This document shows, in pieces, positions 12,379 through 24,787 of a DNA stretch of 64,000 nucleotides (position 1 is the first letter of the stretch; each line of letters begins with the position of its first letter). The position numbers were made by a program, and so were the translations under genes. Origin of the DNA: Trichosphaerium sp. ATCC 40318 (taxonomy: Eukaryota; Protista; Tubulinea); contig JALMLS010000081.1 of the NCBI GenBank assembly GCA_038496445.1, positions 1 through 64,000 on the forward strand, in the 5' to 3' direction. The notes under the pieces were generated by a model. That model was not told where the DNA came from. It made no database searches and was given only the letters and a program-made list of their open reading frames with translations.

Positions 12379-14288
12379 ATGGAGACCTCTGATGTTAGTT
12401 CAAAACAATATAAGATTCCAGGACGACGTGTCATTCTTATGGCTTTAGCAGCGTTTGTATGCGTTGTTGTTTTACGTACGCACAAATAAAAACAATATAA
12501 ATTCGAGACAAGTTAAAAACCACGTGGTATGAACTGTAACTCCCCAAAATCACGGAACAGCGATATTTCAATACAATTTGGCGTCTACGATGTGTATAAC
12601 AATGTTTAGACTATATGGGGACATTATCAACTTCTCCTGAGATGATTGAGGCGCCAAGTGCGCCTTTTGCTACTGTAGTACATTCTACAGGCGTTATTGA
12701 CGTACCACCAGTGAAACACGAAGAAACCACGGAGATACCAAAAGATATGGATGGAGAAGGGGAAGAATCTACTGCGAAGCCATCAGCGAAGTATTGCTAT
12801 GTTGCTATGATAAGTGAGTAACAAAATCACGTGATCAATTTTTAGATTGTTTTTTAAAGGTTTTTGTGCTTTAGCGTCACAGACGTATGTCATGTCAGTG
12901 GCTGTTATGATGCATTCGCTTAAACTGCAGAACCCTAAGTATCCAATTATATTATTCGTGACAGATACTTTGATTAACGAAGTACGGCAGGAACAAAGGT
13001 TTTTTTCACTTGTTTTTTTTTTTTTTTGACTTTATATTTTTCTTGTTTTAGCTTCCAGATGAGTTTAAGATATTGACTGATGAAATAAGGATTATAGAAC
13101 CCTTTCATATAAGTAAAGAGTTCAAGAATACAAATATACGAAAACCTGTGCGTCATGTATACAGCCTCAGTTGGTGAACTAATCGAAAACCAAATCGTGC
13201 TATTTTTTACCCTCTACTTTTATTGACACCTGTATTTAGAAAGCATCATTTGAACACAGACTAGGTAAATTAAAGTTGTTCAAGATAATGAAAGGATATT
13301 CCAAAGTATGTTTTATTGATGCTGATATGGTAGTTATAAAAAACATTGATGACATATTCACATATCCAACACCAGCTGGTACGAACACCATCGTACACTT
13401 ACCTCCTATATAACTACGACTAGCTCACCGAGACTACTGGACGCCTAAAGATAAAGAGGGTTGTAATACAGGTATGCTATGAATCAAGTTGAAAAGCTTA
13501 TGATGTTTATTACAGGTTTCTTCCTTTTCGAACCTTCAGAGAAAGTTTACAATCATCTTGAAAAAGTGGTCAATGAGCACTTTGTTCGAGAGTTAAACTT
13601 GAGCAAATGTTGTGACCAACCAGTACTTAACTATGCTTTCGTGACACGTAATGATTCGTTGAAATGGAATCTTTTACCATGGTACGTTATACGTTCTTGA
13701 CAACATCTGTGTCTGTTGGTTTGTTCGAAATTGCAACCGTTCCATATCCTTTCTTACTGTCTGTTTAATGTTTTTAATAGGGGTTATGTTGTCGATGGTA
13801 GAAACGTTAATTATCTATACAAAGAAAAATGGCTAGCTGATACAAAGGTTTGGCATTTCCCTGGTAACAAACCTTGGTTTATATCTGTAAGTTGCCATCG
13901 ACTTATATTGATTCAAATTATTTGTGACTCTTTTTATTAACCATTCATCCCTACTACAAATGTAGTCTTGAAACAACGTTTTTAATGGGTAGTATTTTGT
14001 ACTTAAAATTGTTTATAGGGTGGTAGAAGGCGTATTCAATGGGTACAATGGTTCCGTGCATATGATATGTTGATAGAGAAGTATCCTGATCTCTTAAAAA
14101 ATGAGCGCTTTTTTTCTGATGAAAAACTATTTGAACCAAAACCAACAACTGATATGAATGTCACATGGAATCCTCATCCGCAAGAAAACCTTCCTGTTAC
14201 ATTTAAAGAATACTATGATGATATTAGACTAAAGATACATATACCTGACGACTATCAAATGTACAATCACACCAAAAAAAAACCTTAA
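12379..14288 (+). CDS. GT8 glycosyltransferase, paralog 3
   Basis: ATG at 12379 (METSDVSSKQYKIPGRRVILMALAAFVCVVVL), FIDAD, CNTG, CCDQPVLNY, WHFPGNKPW. Confidence 0.85.
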
Positions 14289-14939
14289 ATGTTAATGTTA
14301 CAACCAAAAATAATAAATAAAAAAATAAACCACAGAATGTTAGATTTCAACTCCTTTAGTCAAGACTCTTTCAAGGTGTTTATTTTTATTTACATATCTT
14401 TGCAGTGTAACACGGTGATATACAGTCAAGATAACGTTCTATCATAGCGCATGAGTACCGTTTCTGCTGAAGAACCTCTGGCTCTCAAACTTCATATCAG
14501 ATGGGAACCTACAGACACAGATAAATTTCCGACATTACCATTTTATGAGTAAGGTACCATAACTTACTGTACACTATGCTGTCCCCTGAGAGGGATGCCG
14601 CACTTGAGTTTCGGGAATACAAAAGTTACTCGGCACTTGTTCTTCTGTTCATGAATAAAAAACAGGAAACAGCTATCAAGGCCATTAATGAGAGAACCTA
14701 TGGATGTACTTGTACTGATCAAAGTAAACCACGGAATGATGTTAATCTTTGTTGGTTCCTAGCAGGTAGACGAGAAACCAGTTCTATTAAACTACGAATG
14801 GGCAAAGCATGTTGTGAGGTTGAGTGTACATGGCCGAATATGCAGTATACACGATTGTAATAAAACTATTTTTATTTCCTGCTAAAGTTAGAGTAAACTA
14901 CTTCAGTGTTTCGTTTGAATGATACAAATTTGTATCATT

Positions 14940-17900
14940 TTAAAGTGCTATGCGTATCACTAAGGGATATTTTTAGCCAACAAGTTCCATAAAATAAAGT
15001 AATCCTTACCTGTCATAGGTTTAAGAGCTTTTCTGAGAACTCTTCCAACCATTTTTTGTTGATCTTCTCTAGATATCAGGTCATCTTTTGTGAGTACTAT
15101 AACATGTGTAGCATTATGGTACATGACCTCTCCATCTCTCCTAAACACAAAGAGTCAATTGACTTTAAAAGAATACAAAGTACAACATACTTCATGAGAA
15201 GAACAGTTGGTTTGGCATCAAGGTGAGGATATTTTATCTTTTTAGGATTTGTGTAGTATCTAGTGATCATGTACAATTAGTGTTGTTGTCAGAGAATAGT
15301 GTATTTAAGGCGTACTTCCATGCTGGTTTGGTGATGATACCGTGAAAAAAGAAGAGGCTATTCAGATCACCAAATATGCGTTTTTCATCTTGTTCTTTAA
15401 AGAGAGAACAAACGATAACTTTTTCAGTTGCTGGTGAAATAAGCTCTTTGACAAGTATGAAAAGTCTTGCAATAGGTCCTCCAAGAACTAGTGCCATCTC
15501 TTCATCTGTTAAATTGGAATAACGTATATTATATTCTCCATAGAGGCTTGCTCCCTTAAGTTGAAAAAAACAACATTAGGTTTGAATTGTAATCACTGAA
15601 AACCGGTAAGGTACTTACAAGTAACCCTACAACTCCTTCACGCATTATAACTGAATTTAATCTCTTTGATAAAACATTTTTAGAACCTAAGAGTGAAAGG
15701 TGTAAATAAAGGTGAACACGTGAAGAAAAACAACAATATTTTTTTGTTTCAAAAGAATACTAAGAAAACAACAACCACTTACCTTTTGTTGATAAACCTC
15801 TTGATAATAATGCTTGTCTTATTGTTTCCTCCTCTATTTCGTCATACTCATATTCTTCTGCTCCAGCGTGATCGAAGAAATCAGTTCCAAAATACATGCA
15901 CTTAAGTGGGTCATTCAAAAACGCCAAATTACATTTCTACCAAAAAAAAAGTCACATTTGGAGAAAAATAGATTGGTTGTTGGTTACCAGTGCAAGCAAT
16001 GCAGCAATACGCTCTTTGTCATCAGGGTGATCTCTTATGTATACTTGATACTTTCTATAAGGAGGAAATCTCTGAGAAAGGTCAATAGTGTTGTATGTAT
16101 GAATTGTTCTTGTGAAAGGCTTGTCCTCGAGGATGATTTCAATTGGATGAAGACTACATTTTATCTCATCAAGTTCTTAACATTTTCGTCAGATCTCGTT
16201 ACCAACTTATAAATACGTCTTACCCTTATGAGGTGGTAATTCAAGACCAAGATTATCTGCAGTATTTCTCCACACCAAAGTATCCAATAAATTCTTATAC
16301 TGATTCCTGTTTAGAACATTACTACTATTTCTTTTAGAACTTTTTTTTTTTGGTACATTCGAGTATTGTTGTGTAGGGTGTGCCAATACTCCGTATCTAT
16401 GTTACAGAAAAGCAGCTCTGTATTATGCAACCTATGTAATGGTTATGTAATGTGACCTTGTATATAAATACTTACGCAGTGTTGTCACTGTATCCATTAG
16501 GTGTTGTGAAAGGCATTGCAGTAACAAACCATCTGCTATCACATTGGTCCCTGTAGTACAAGCATAGAAACTCCTGTAACACTTCATCTATTACTACACG
16601 ATGCCAATGAAAATCACGTAAGTCAGGATTCGTATTTGAAGCAATATAAGGTTGCCTAGCTCGTGTGCCCTAACTGAAGTTGAGAAGACGAAAAAAGATA
16701 AGATTTTTTTTCAAAAAAAAGTACAAAATATGCATTGTCATCTCTACATAGTACTACATCTACAATAGTGTTGTTAACAATAATATGATTGAAATATGTA
16801 CAATGGTACCTGATAGTACAATATCCTTGTTGCTAACTGATTTATGTTCTTTAGGTGTCGATAAAACAGTTATCTTTAAAGATTTAATTTTAGATAACAG
16901 ATACATCCATTTGTAAACAGCATGTTCAGCACAGACAACTATACGGAGTTAAGACGTATTTGCCCAAACCGAATATGTACTTAGTGTAGCTTTAGCTCTA
17001 ATGAGTTTTCCATGTGAAGAGCCTGATTCAAGAGTTGCAGGTCGAGCAACTATTAATCCAACAACTTTGGTAGGAAAAAAACGGGTAAACAATCAAGTTT
17101 TCTGTTTCATTTTACGTACTGTCCAGGCACCTCCCAAGCCCCGTTTCTTAATAAAATGTAAGAATATTGAACCGCTATGAAGCATCACCTTCTGCAAGTA
17201 CTCCACCTTTGAGATATGTACGTGTATGAATTGCTTCTTTTAAACTTTTTGGACTGTCATCTACACTATTTTCCTTTCCTTTCGGCTTAGGTGTTGTGTT
17301 TGCGTCATAGTCGGATGTTCTTTCCCACGCTAAAAGAGATTGTGTTTTTGCACAGCAGTACAATCGAACAAAGGTCGTTTTCCAAGGGACTACTGTTAAG
17401 TACTTGCCAACTAAAAGAAGTTAACTTGTATTCTCAACCAAATATAATTCTATCTCAGAACGCACCTGTTGGTTTGGTCTCTCTTGATATCATCCAACTG
17501 ATTACATCGAGTTGATAACTTGTCAGCTTTAAGCCTTTAACAGACGTCAACACATCATATTTTCCTGCCTAATCACGTGTGTTAGTAGATAAACCAAAAA
17601 AAAACCAATAAAAGTCAGTTCATACATCTTTTGGCAAATGCGTTGCTTCTGCGTTGTAAGTGTGTAACACAGGGTTATTCTTGGTACATTGACTTACAAT
17701 CACACTCTCAAAAGGCAACGTAACTTGTGTATCACGTGTTTTAAGCCTCCAAATACTAAAGCATTAAAGCGTCAGTGAAACAACATAAAAATTCACTTGC
17801 GCTTGGTAGTTGAATAAAACTTGTGTTGGAGAGTCTCCATCTTCCTTCACACAGTCCGGGTAATCTTTAATCCATTGTTTAACTTTAAGGTTCTGCTTTT

Positions 17901-17962
17901 TTCTAAAGTCTGCGTCTGCTTCTGCAAAGGTAGCGAACTGATGTAGCGAGAACGTTTGACAT
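14940..17962 (-). CDS. SNF2-family (Rad5/SHPRH-like) helicase-fold protein with degenerate ATPase motifs and an inserted SAP motif; 5' exons probably lie beyond the retroelement (20210-20560)
   Basis: Spliced motifs in order: Q motif LTSYQLDVISWMISRE; I GGVLAE|ETGLGRCLD; Ia KATL|IVCAEHAVYKW; II FHWHRVVIDEVL; III RWFVTAMP; SAP-like EETIRQALLSRGLSTK|GSKNVLSKRL; IV EKVIVCSLF; V/VI NATHVI...EDQQKMVGRVLR. Confidence 0.7.
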
Positions 17963-18021
17963 CTAACAAAACAATAAGTTTTTAACGTCACACTGCCTCA
18001 GCGTGAAAATACGGGGCCATA

Positions 18022-18264
18022 GTTTTTTCCGAATTTTCCGAAAACAAAAATTCGAAAAAATAGAATTCGTAGAAAGATGCATAGCTAGGGCAGTCCACTT
18101 AACTAGAAAGCGCCTGGTTCACTTACGGTCGGGTCCTCGCTGTGCTCGGAACTAGAACCCGACCTTCGCTCACATATAGTGATCCATTGGTGGGTATAGG
18201 CATTCGGTTTTTGTATCGAATTCTATTTTTTCGAATTTTTTCTTTCGAAAAATTCGGAAAAAAC
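18022..18264. repeat. 48-bp imperfect inverted repeat (18022-18069 / 18217-18264) enclosing a GC-rich core with a nested hairpin
   Basis: gttttttccgaattttccgaaaacaaaaattcgaaaaaatagaattcg vs cgaattctattttttcgaattttttctttcgaaaaattcggaaaaaac. Inner stem ggtcgggtcct (18127-18137) / agaacccgacc (18154-18164). Confidence 0.8.
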
Positions 18265-18857
18265 GTGGGTCCGGAATATAATGGTCGAAATACGTACCTT
18301 GGGAGCGTAATAGGTTCCCACGCTAAAGAATCGTCCTGAACAAGGTTTTCTAAATGTTTCTGGCCATAAACAGGTTAGTTTATTGCTTAATAGCTTCAAT
18401 GGCGTACAGAGACGCGTGATAACGCAGGGTAGCATTTTTTGTCAATAGCTAAAAGAATATTCATCCATAGTTCATCTGGTAACTCGTGCAACACTGGTGG
18501 TTGTTTGGAGAGGACACGCTTACTCATGTCTAGCTTTCTTAGAACACAAACGTTTATTTATTTATTTTTTATTTAACGTCAATAGAAGTCAACTAAGACA
18601 ACTTCTCTTAGCATTAAGAGCACAGTTCATCAGGCCGTCGTACGGCGCTATTTAAGTTGAACAGTGTGACGCAGCCCTTTAACATTTTGCGGCTGATAAC
18701 TATTATTACAAGAGCACCATTGATCCTACAAGTCCGAGAGCCAAGTTCATCCATTGTCCTTTGTCGTCATCTCGCCAATAAAATTTATCTATCAATTTCC
18801 ATTTTCCATTATCTAAAACTCAGAGACTCCACAAGATATACGCGTGCGCGAATAAAT

Positions 18858-20200
18858 TCACACACCCAATACCTTTTTGATATTTGCTCCAGCCATCCGA
18901 AGCAATCTAGGGTTAATATACGCGCCAATCTCTTTTTTATGTTCAATATCATCTTTGCATCTTTGTCTGTATCTTCTATACAAAAGTGTCATATACGCCA
19001 CCATCACTCTATGCGCCAATAGTCTACTGTCGCTAGGTGTGAGTTTGAAAAGTTTTCGAACGTTATCCAGAAGGGGGGTTGTGATCCATCCTTGAGATAT
19101 CCTAAAATCATCGACGGTGTTAATGTTTCCAATATATCCAAAAGAGTTCAAGAACTCCTCTACAACTTCACCGGTTAGCCGGTCATCTATACAACTATTG
19201 GTCCAGAGATCGTCCTCAATTAAGGACTTTAAAGAGCGTCCGAGTTGGATTTTATTGTAGAAAGGGACTGACACAAAATATGGTAATTGAAAGTGTTTGG
19301 TAAGGAAAAAATTATTAGTGACTTTGTGACAAATTAGCTCATAACAATTAAACTTAGAGCCATCTGTCGGAAGAGTATTACTAGTAATCTCGTCATAGAT
19401 TCTCACGACATGGTGAAAGAGGTGGGACCGGATGTCAAACGAATTGCTAGTGCACTGGATAAAGTGTTTGAAAGTTTCGGCCATGTGATCACAAAGGGAG
19501 CATCTAGGGTTTGGGTAACATATGCGCTGTTTGCGGTGGTGTAGACCTTGTGACACTTTAGGAAGCCTATGAAATACTGTGTTATTGATATATAACGCAT
19601 GGCGTTTTACTCTAAACGAAAAATCAACGACATTCTCAGAGGTAATGTCCTTAGTGGTGACAATTGACAGGTCTGTAATTAATTCTTTCCTACTTCTACC
19701 TTTGTTAGTGGACTTATTGTTTATAAAGTCTATTTTTTCTTGTTCTGCTTGCTTTTTGAGGACCTTCCATGGGTCGTTATATGTTGGCCTACCTGTCTTA
19801 CTGTTAATTAAACAGAAATTTGCAGCACCGACAGGGTGAACTCCCGAACCCAGTAAACTCTTTCCGAAGGAGTGATACTTGCTTTCCGACGCTATTGAGT
19901 CGGCATAAGCGTTCATAGCAATTGCCAGAGGGACTAGCTTGCTAGAAAATCTATATGAAATGTTAGCTGTTGCTCGTGCTGCTGCTGTTTTTTTCTTGTC
20001 GCTTTCGAGAGTGTGACTAGGGTACCATACAATGTCAACCTTGCCTGAGCGCTCTGCTATGAGTTTGTTAATACGGGTGAGGATGTGTGTATTCACTCTT
20101 GAAACGCATAACCGGTTTCCATTCACAGAAGGTTTCTATCCAGTTTTTGGAGTTAAGGGAATCTGTGATGATGCACAAACGTGCTTTTTTGCTACAGCGA
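18858..20200 (-). pseudogene. Retroelement ORF2 C-terminal part: RNase H C-terminal half plus zf-RVT-like knuckle, one frameshift near 20085
   Basis: LCIITDSLNS (RNase H Asp motif) lies in the frame upstream of the shift, which falls in an AC dinucleotide run. It continues as IVWYPSH...MNAYADSIA and CSLCDHMAETFKHFIQC. Confidence 0.75.
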
Positions 20201-20580
20201 CTTAACGTCATTAAGGAAACTGTACTGGAATTGCTTGTGCTATTGACTGCTTTTGGTCTATTAAACGATGTTGTAACTTAAAGAAACTAAAACCCTTGAA
20301 TACAGCTGTAGGTCAATTATTGCTCTCTGTCTTGTTAGAAGTGTCAACAGTGAGCTATAACGTTCAACTGACAATAGGTATTTTTTTGCAAACAGTACAC
20401 ATTACTCGTTATTTTCTTGAATATCTATATTTTAAGATATCTAAACATCTCTCTAAGGTAGGTACTTCCAGACACGTAACTGAGAAATCACTGTATAGTG
20501 GAACAAGTTTGACCTGTCACGTGCTTTTTTGTTGAAGATACAAGAAAGTAACTAGACATCACCTCGCGTTTATATTGAGT

Positions 20581-22542
20581 ATGGAGCCTGAAGTGGAGAC
20601 CGCTAGTAGTCCAAAACAACATTCGATGATCCCAGGACGACGAATAATTATTCTGGCTTTGGCACTGTTTGTATGCGTTGCCATTATACGTACGCATAAA
20701 ACAAACGCGAATTAAGCATTTTTATACTGCCTAAACACGGAACGGCGATATCTTTACATATTTTGGCGTCCCCACGTGTTCATACCTATATTTAGACTTT
20801 TCTGGGATATTATCGCCCTCTGCGCCGTTTTTTACATCCAACCAAGCTTTGGAACCTTTAACGATGGGTGAGGAAGTGGAAGAACCTATCTTGAAACCAT
20901 TAGCGGAGTATTGCTATGTTACATTGATGAGTACGCTTAAAACTCATTGCTATTATGTTTGAAGATTTTAAAGTTTTTTGTTTTGTGCTTTAGCATCAAG
21001 GACATATGTCATGTCAGCGGCTGTTATGATACATTCACTTAAACTACAGAATCCTAAGTACCCAATTGTATTGTTCATTACTAAAAATCTGGTAAACGAA
21101 GTACGACAGGAAGGCCTCTCTCTTTCCTTTTTTTTTTTGATTTGCTTCTTCTGTTCTTTTTTTTGACTTTAGTTTTCTTGTTGTAGCTTCCAGATGCTTA
21201 TGAGAAGTTGGCTGATGAAATAAGAGTCATAGAACCCTTTGATGTTAAAAAATTATTTGAGGAATACAACATAAATAAAACACCTGTACGTCATTACGAA
21301 ACACTTTCTTAAGTTTGACATTACCAAACCTACTTTTTTCTGTGCTTTTTTATTTTGCTAATAATAAGTGTGTTTAGACCACACTATATGGATCCAGATT
21401 AGCTAAATTAAAGATATTCAAGCTCATGAAAGGATACTCCAAAGTATGTTTTATTGACGCTGATGTGATAATTACACACAACATTGATGACATATTCACA
21501 TATCCAACACCGGCTGGTATGACCATACTTTTACCTTCTATGTAACTACAACTAGCCCACCGAGAGTATTGGGCAAATAGAGACAAGGAAGCTTGTAATA
21601 CAGGTATGCTATGAATCAAGTTGACATGAAAATGCTGATCTATTTTTAACACAAGGTTTCTTCGTTTTTGAACCGAATGATAAAGTTTACAACTATCTTG
21701 TAAAAGTGCTCAGAGAACACTTTATAGCAGAACTGCAGTTGAAAGTATGTTGTGATCAACCGGTACTTAACTATGCTTTTGTAGAACATAATGATTCGTT
21801 GAGATGGAATCTTTTACCATGGTACGTTCATTGAGATGACACATATTTGTTTTGTTATTATGAACAGCAACTTTCGTTCGAGTGTATCCTTTCTTCTTAC
21901 TCTGTCTGATTATTTTTAAACCAAAGGGGTTATGTTATTGATGGCAGAAACGTTCATGGGGTATACAATGAAAACTGGCTCGGTAATTCAAAGGTTTGGC
22001 ATTTCGCTGGATGGAAGCCTTGGTATGCTTCTGTAAGTTACAACTTTTGGCCAGTTTATATCTAAATCATTAAATCCCAATCAACTATCAACAATTCATT
22101 CCATAAATCAGTTTTAGAGCTTTATCTTTAGAACACGTGAAGTGGAAATGTAGTTTTCGAAAAGACGCAGATTCATCTTGTTATTACCTTTTTTCTGTTT
22201 CTTTTTTTGGTCTCAGCATATTTCCAAATAGTGTGTATCCTCTTTTGTACTCAAAATTGTGTATAGGGTGGTAGAAGGCGTATTCAATGGGTACATTGGT
22301 TTCGTGCATATGACTTATTGGTAGAAGAGTATCCTGATCTTTTAAACAGCAAAAAGTTTTTTTTTGCAAAACCATTATTTGAACCAAAACCAACACTTGA
22401 TCAGAATGTCACATGGAATCCAAACCGTAAAATACAAAAGTTTGAGGTATCATTCAACCAATACAATGAACATATAAGACTAAAGTTACACATACCTAAT
22501 GACGACTATCAACTGTACAATCACGCCAAAAAAACAACTTAA
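20581..22542 (+). CDS. GT8 glycosyltransferase, paralog 4
   Basis: ATG at 20581 (MEPEVETASSPKQHSMIPGRR), FIDADV, CNTG, CCDQPVLNY, WHFAGWKPW. Confidence 0.85.
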
Positions 22543-22715
22543 ATATACAATAATGACATTAATTACCTTGAGTATAGAGTGAGCATTTTTTAATACACCG
22601 TAGAGTGTAAAATAAACAATCATGGCACCGTACATCTTTTAGTATTTATGTTGCTTCTGGAGTGAGGTGCATATTTGACATCTTTTTTTACAATCAACTC
22701 AACAGCAACATAGCT

Positions 22716-22945
22716 TGTATCAGTGTTTTTAGCCTCCAAATACTAAACGTATCAAAGCGTGAACAAACTTGAAATTCACTTGCGTTTGATAGTTAAATAA
22801 AACCCAAAGTGGTAAGTACTTCCAGACACGTAGCTGAGCAATCACTGTAACGTCTCAATAGTGGAACAAGTTTGACCTGTCACGTGTTTTTTTTGTTGAA
22901 TGATACAAGAAAGTAACTAGACATCACCTCGCGTTTATATTGAGT
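22716..22945. repeat. Duplicated remnant of the SNF2-like gene plus the GT8 upstream region
   Basis: 22716-22803 matches 17729-17820, and 22811-22945 matches 20457-20580. Confidence 0.7.
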
Positions 22946-24787
22946 ATGGAGCCTGAAGTGGAGACTGAAGTGGAGACCGCTAGTAGTCCAAAACAATATT
23001 CGATGATCCCAGGGCGACGATTAATTATTCTGGCTGTAGCAGTGTTTGTATGCATTGCTATTATACGTACGAAGAGAAAAACGATGCCAAACGCGGAACG
23101 ACGATATGTTCATATATTTTGGCGTCCCCACGTGTTCATACTGATATTTAGACTTTACTGGGATATTTTCGCAAGATGCACCTTTTTTTGACTCTACGGA
23201 CCAAGTTGTGGAACCTTTGGAGCCTTCAGAACCTTTAGAACCGTCAAAACCTTTAGAAGCTTCAGAACCTTCAAAACCTTTAGAGCCGTCAAAAGCTTTA
23301 GAAGCGATGGATGAAGGAGTGGAAGAACCTACCGTGAAACCATTAGCGAAGTATTGCTACATTGCATTGATGAGTACGCTTAAAATTCATTGATTAGTTT
23401 TATTAAGTTTTTTGTTTTGTGCTTTAGCGTCAAAGACGTATGTCATGTCAGCAGCTGTTATGATACATTCACTTAAACTACAGAAACCTAAGTACCCTAT
23501 TATATTATTCATAACAAAAAATCTAGTAAACCAAGTACGGCAGGAAGGACTCTCTTTTTTTCTTTTTTTTTTGACTTTGTGTTTCTTGTTGTAGCTTCCA
23601 GATGCGTATAAGAAGTTGACTGATGAAATAAGGGTCATAGAACCCTTTGATGTTAAAAAATTATTTGAGGAATACGGCATTACAAAGAAACCTGTGCGTC
23701 ATTAAGAAACACTTGGTTTCCTTGGCCAATACATACAACTCAGTATATATTTTTTTTTTGCTTTTTATTTTACTTACTGACAGAGGTGCTTAGGGCGAAC
23801 AACATGGAGCTAGATTAGCTAAATTAAAGATATTCAAGCTCATGAAAGGATACACCAAAGCATGTTTTATTGATGCTGATATGGTCATTACAAAAAACGT
23901 TGACGACATATTCACATATCCAACACCGTCTGGTATGAACACCATCATACACTTACCTCGTATCTAACTATAACTAGCCCATCGAGACTATTGGTCCCGT
24001 AGGGATGACGAAGATTGTAATACAGGTATGCTATGAATCTAGTTGACAAGAAAATACTGATCTATTTTTAACACAAGGTTTCTTCGTTTTTGAACCGAAT
24101 GATAAAGTTTACAACCATCTTGTAAAAGTGCTCAGAGAACACTTTATAGCAGAACTGCAGTTAAAGGAATGTTGTGATCAGTGGGTACTTAACTATGCTT
24201 TCGTGACACGTAATGATTCATTGAAATGGAATCTTTTACCATGGTACGTTCATTTGATACTGTATTTCAGGTGTAGTCCTTCTTACTCCGTGTATTGATA
24301 ATTTTCAACCAGGGGTTATGTTGTTGATGCCAGAAACGTACATTCGCTGTACAATCAAAATTGGCTCGGTAAATCAAAGGTTTGGCATTTCCCTGGTAGT
24401 AAACCTTGGTCTTATCCTGTAAGTTCCCACTTTGCAATTGTTATGCTTCTTTTTTGGTCGGCATATTTCCAAGCATTGTGTATCCTCTTTTGTACTAAGA
24501 ATTATGTATAGGGTGGTAGAAGGCGTATTCAATGGGTACAATGGTTTCGTGCATATGACTTATTGGTAGAAGAGTATCCTGATCTTGTAAACAACAAAAA
24601 GTTTTTCTTTGCAAAACCATTATTTGAACCAAAACCAACACTTGATCAGAATGTCACATGGAGTCCACATATAAAAAAAGCAACGTTTCCTGTCACATTC
24701 AAGGAATACAATGAACATATAAGACTAAAGTTACATATACCTAATAACGACTATCAACTGTACAATCACGACAAAAAAACAACTTAA
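22946..24787 (+). CDS. GT8 glycosyltransferase, paralog 5 (repeat-expanded stem)
   Basis: ATG at 22946; stem EPLEPSEPLEPSKPLEASEPSKPLEPSKALEA (23210-23305); FIDAD; CCDQWVLNY; WHFPGSKPW. Confidence 0.85.

Larger units (their letters stand above)
9530..14565. repeat. Large inverted duplication: arms ~9530-11755 and ~12333-14565, spacer ~580 bp
   Basis: The arms are reverse complements through the GT8 genes and both flanks (9601-9780 vs 14321-14500; 11700-11752 vs 12334-12390). Confidence 0.85.
17991..20201 (-). mobile_element. 5'-truncated non-LTR retrotransposon insertion (RNase H + CCHC zinc knuckle) plus an extra ~560-bp segment, flanked by a 9-bp direct repeat TTAACGTCA
   Basis: TTAACGTCA at 17982-17990 and 20202-20210, and again at 18573-18581. 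Intronless ORF; (TAAA)n-like tract on the minus strand at 18553-18572. Confidence 0.7.

Noticed and set aside
14576-14860. 94-aa ORF, and similarly 9237-9644, 24905-25225, 47961-48179 and 59158-59358
   Set aside because: No recognisable motif or supporting splice structure; left uncalled.
18590-18670. Hammerhead-like CUGAUGA next to hairpins (gccgt-acg-acggc, ctctta-atgc-taagag) on the minus strand of the retroelement 3' UTR
   Set aside because: No GAAA after the would-be stem II and no NUH before stem I. At most a structured 3' UTR.
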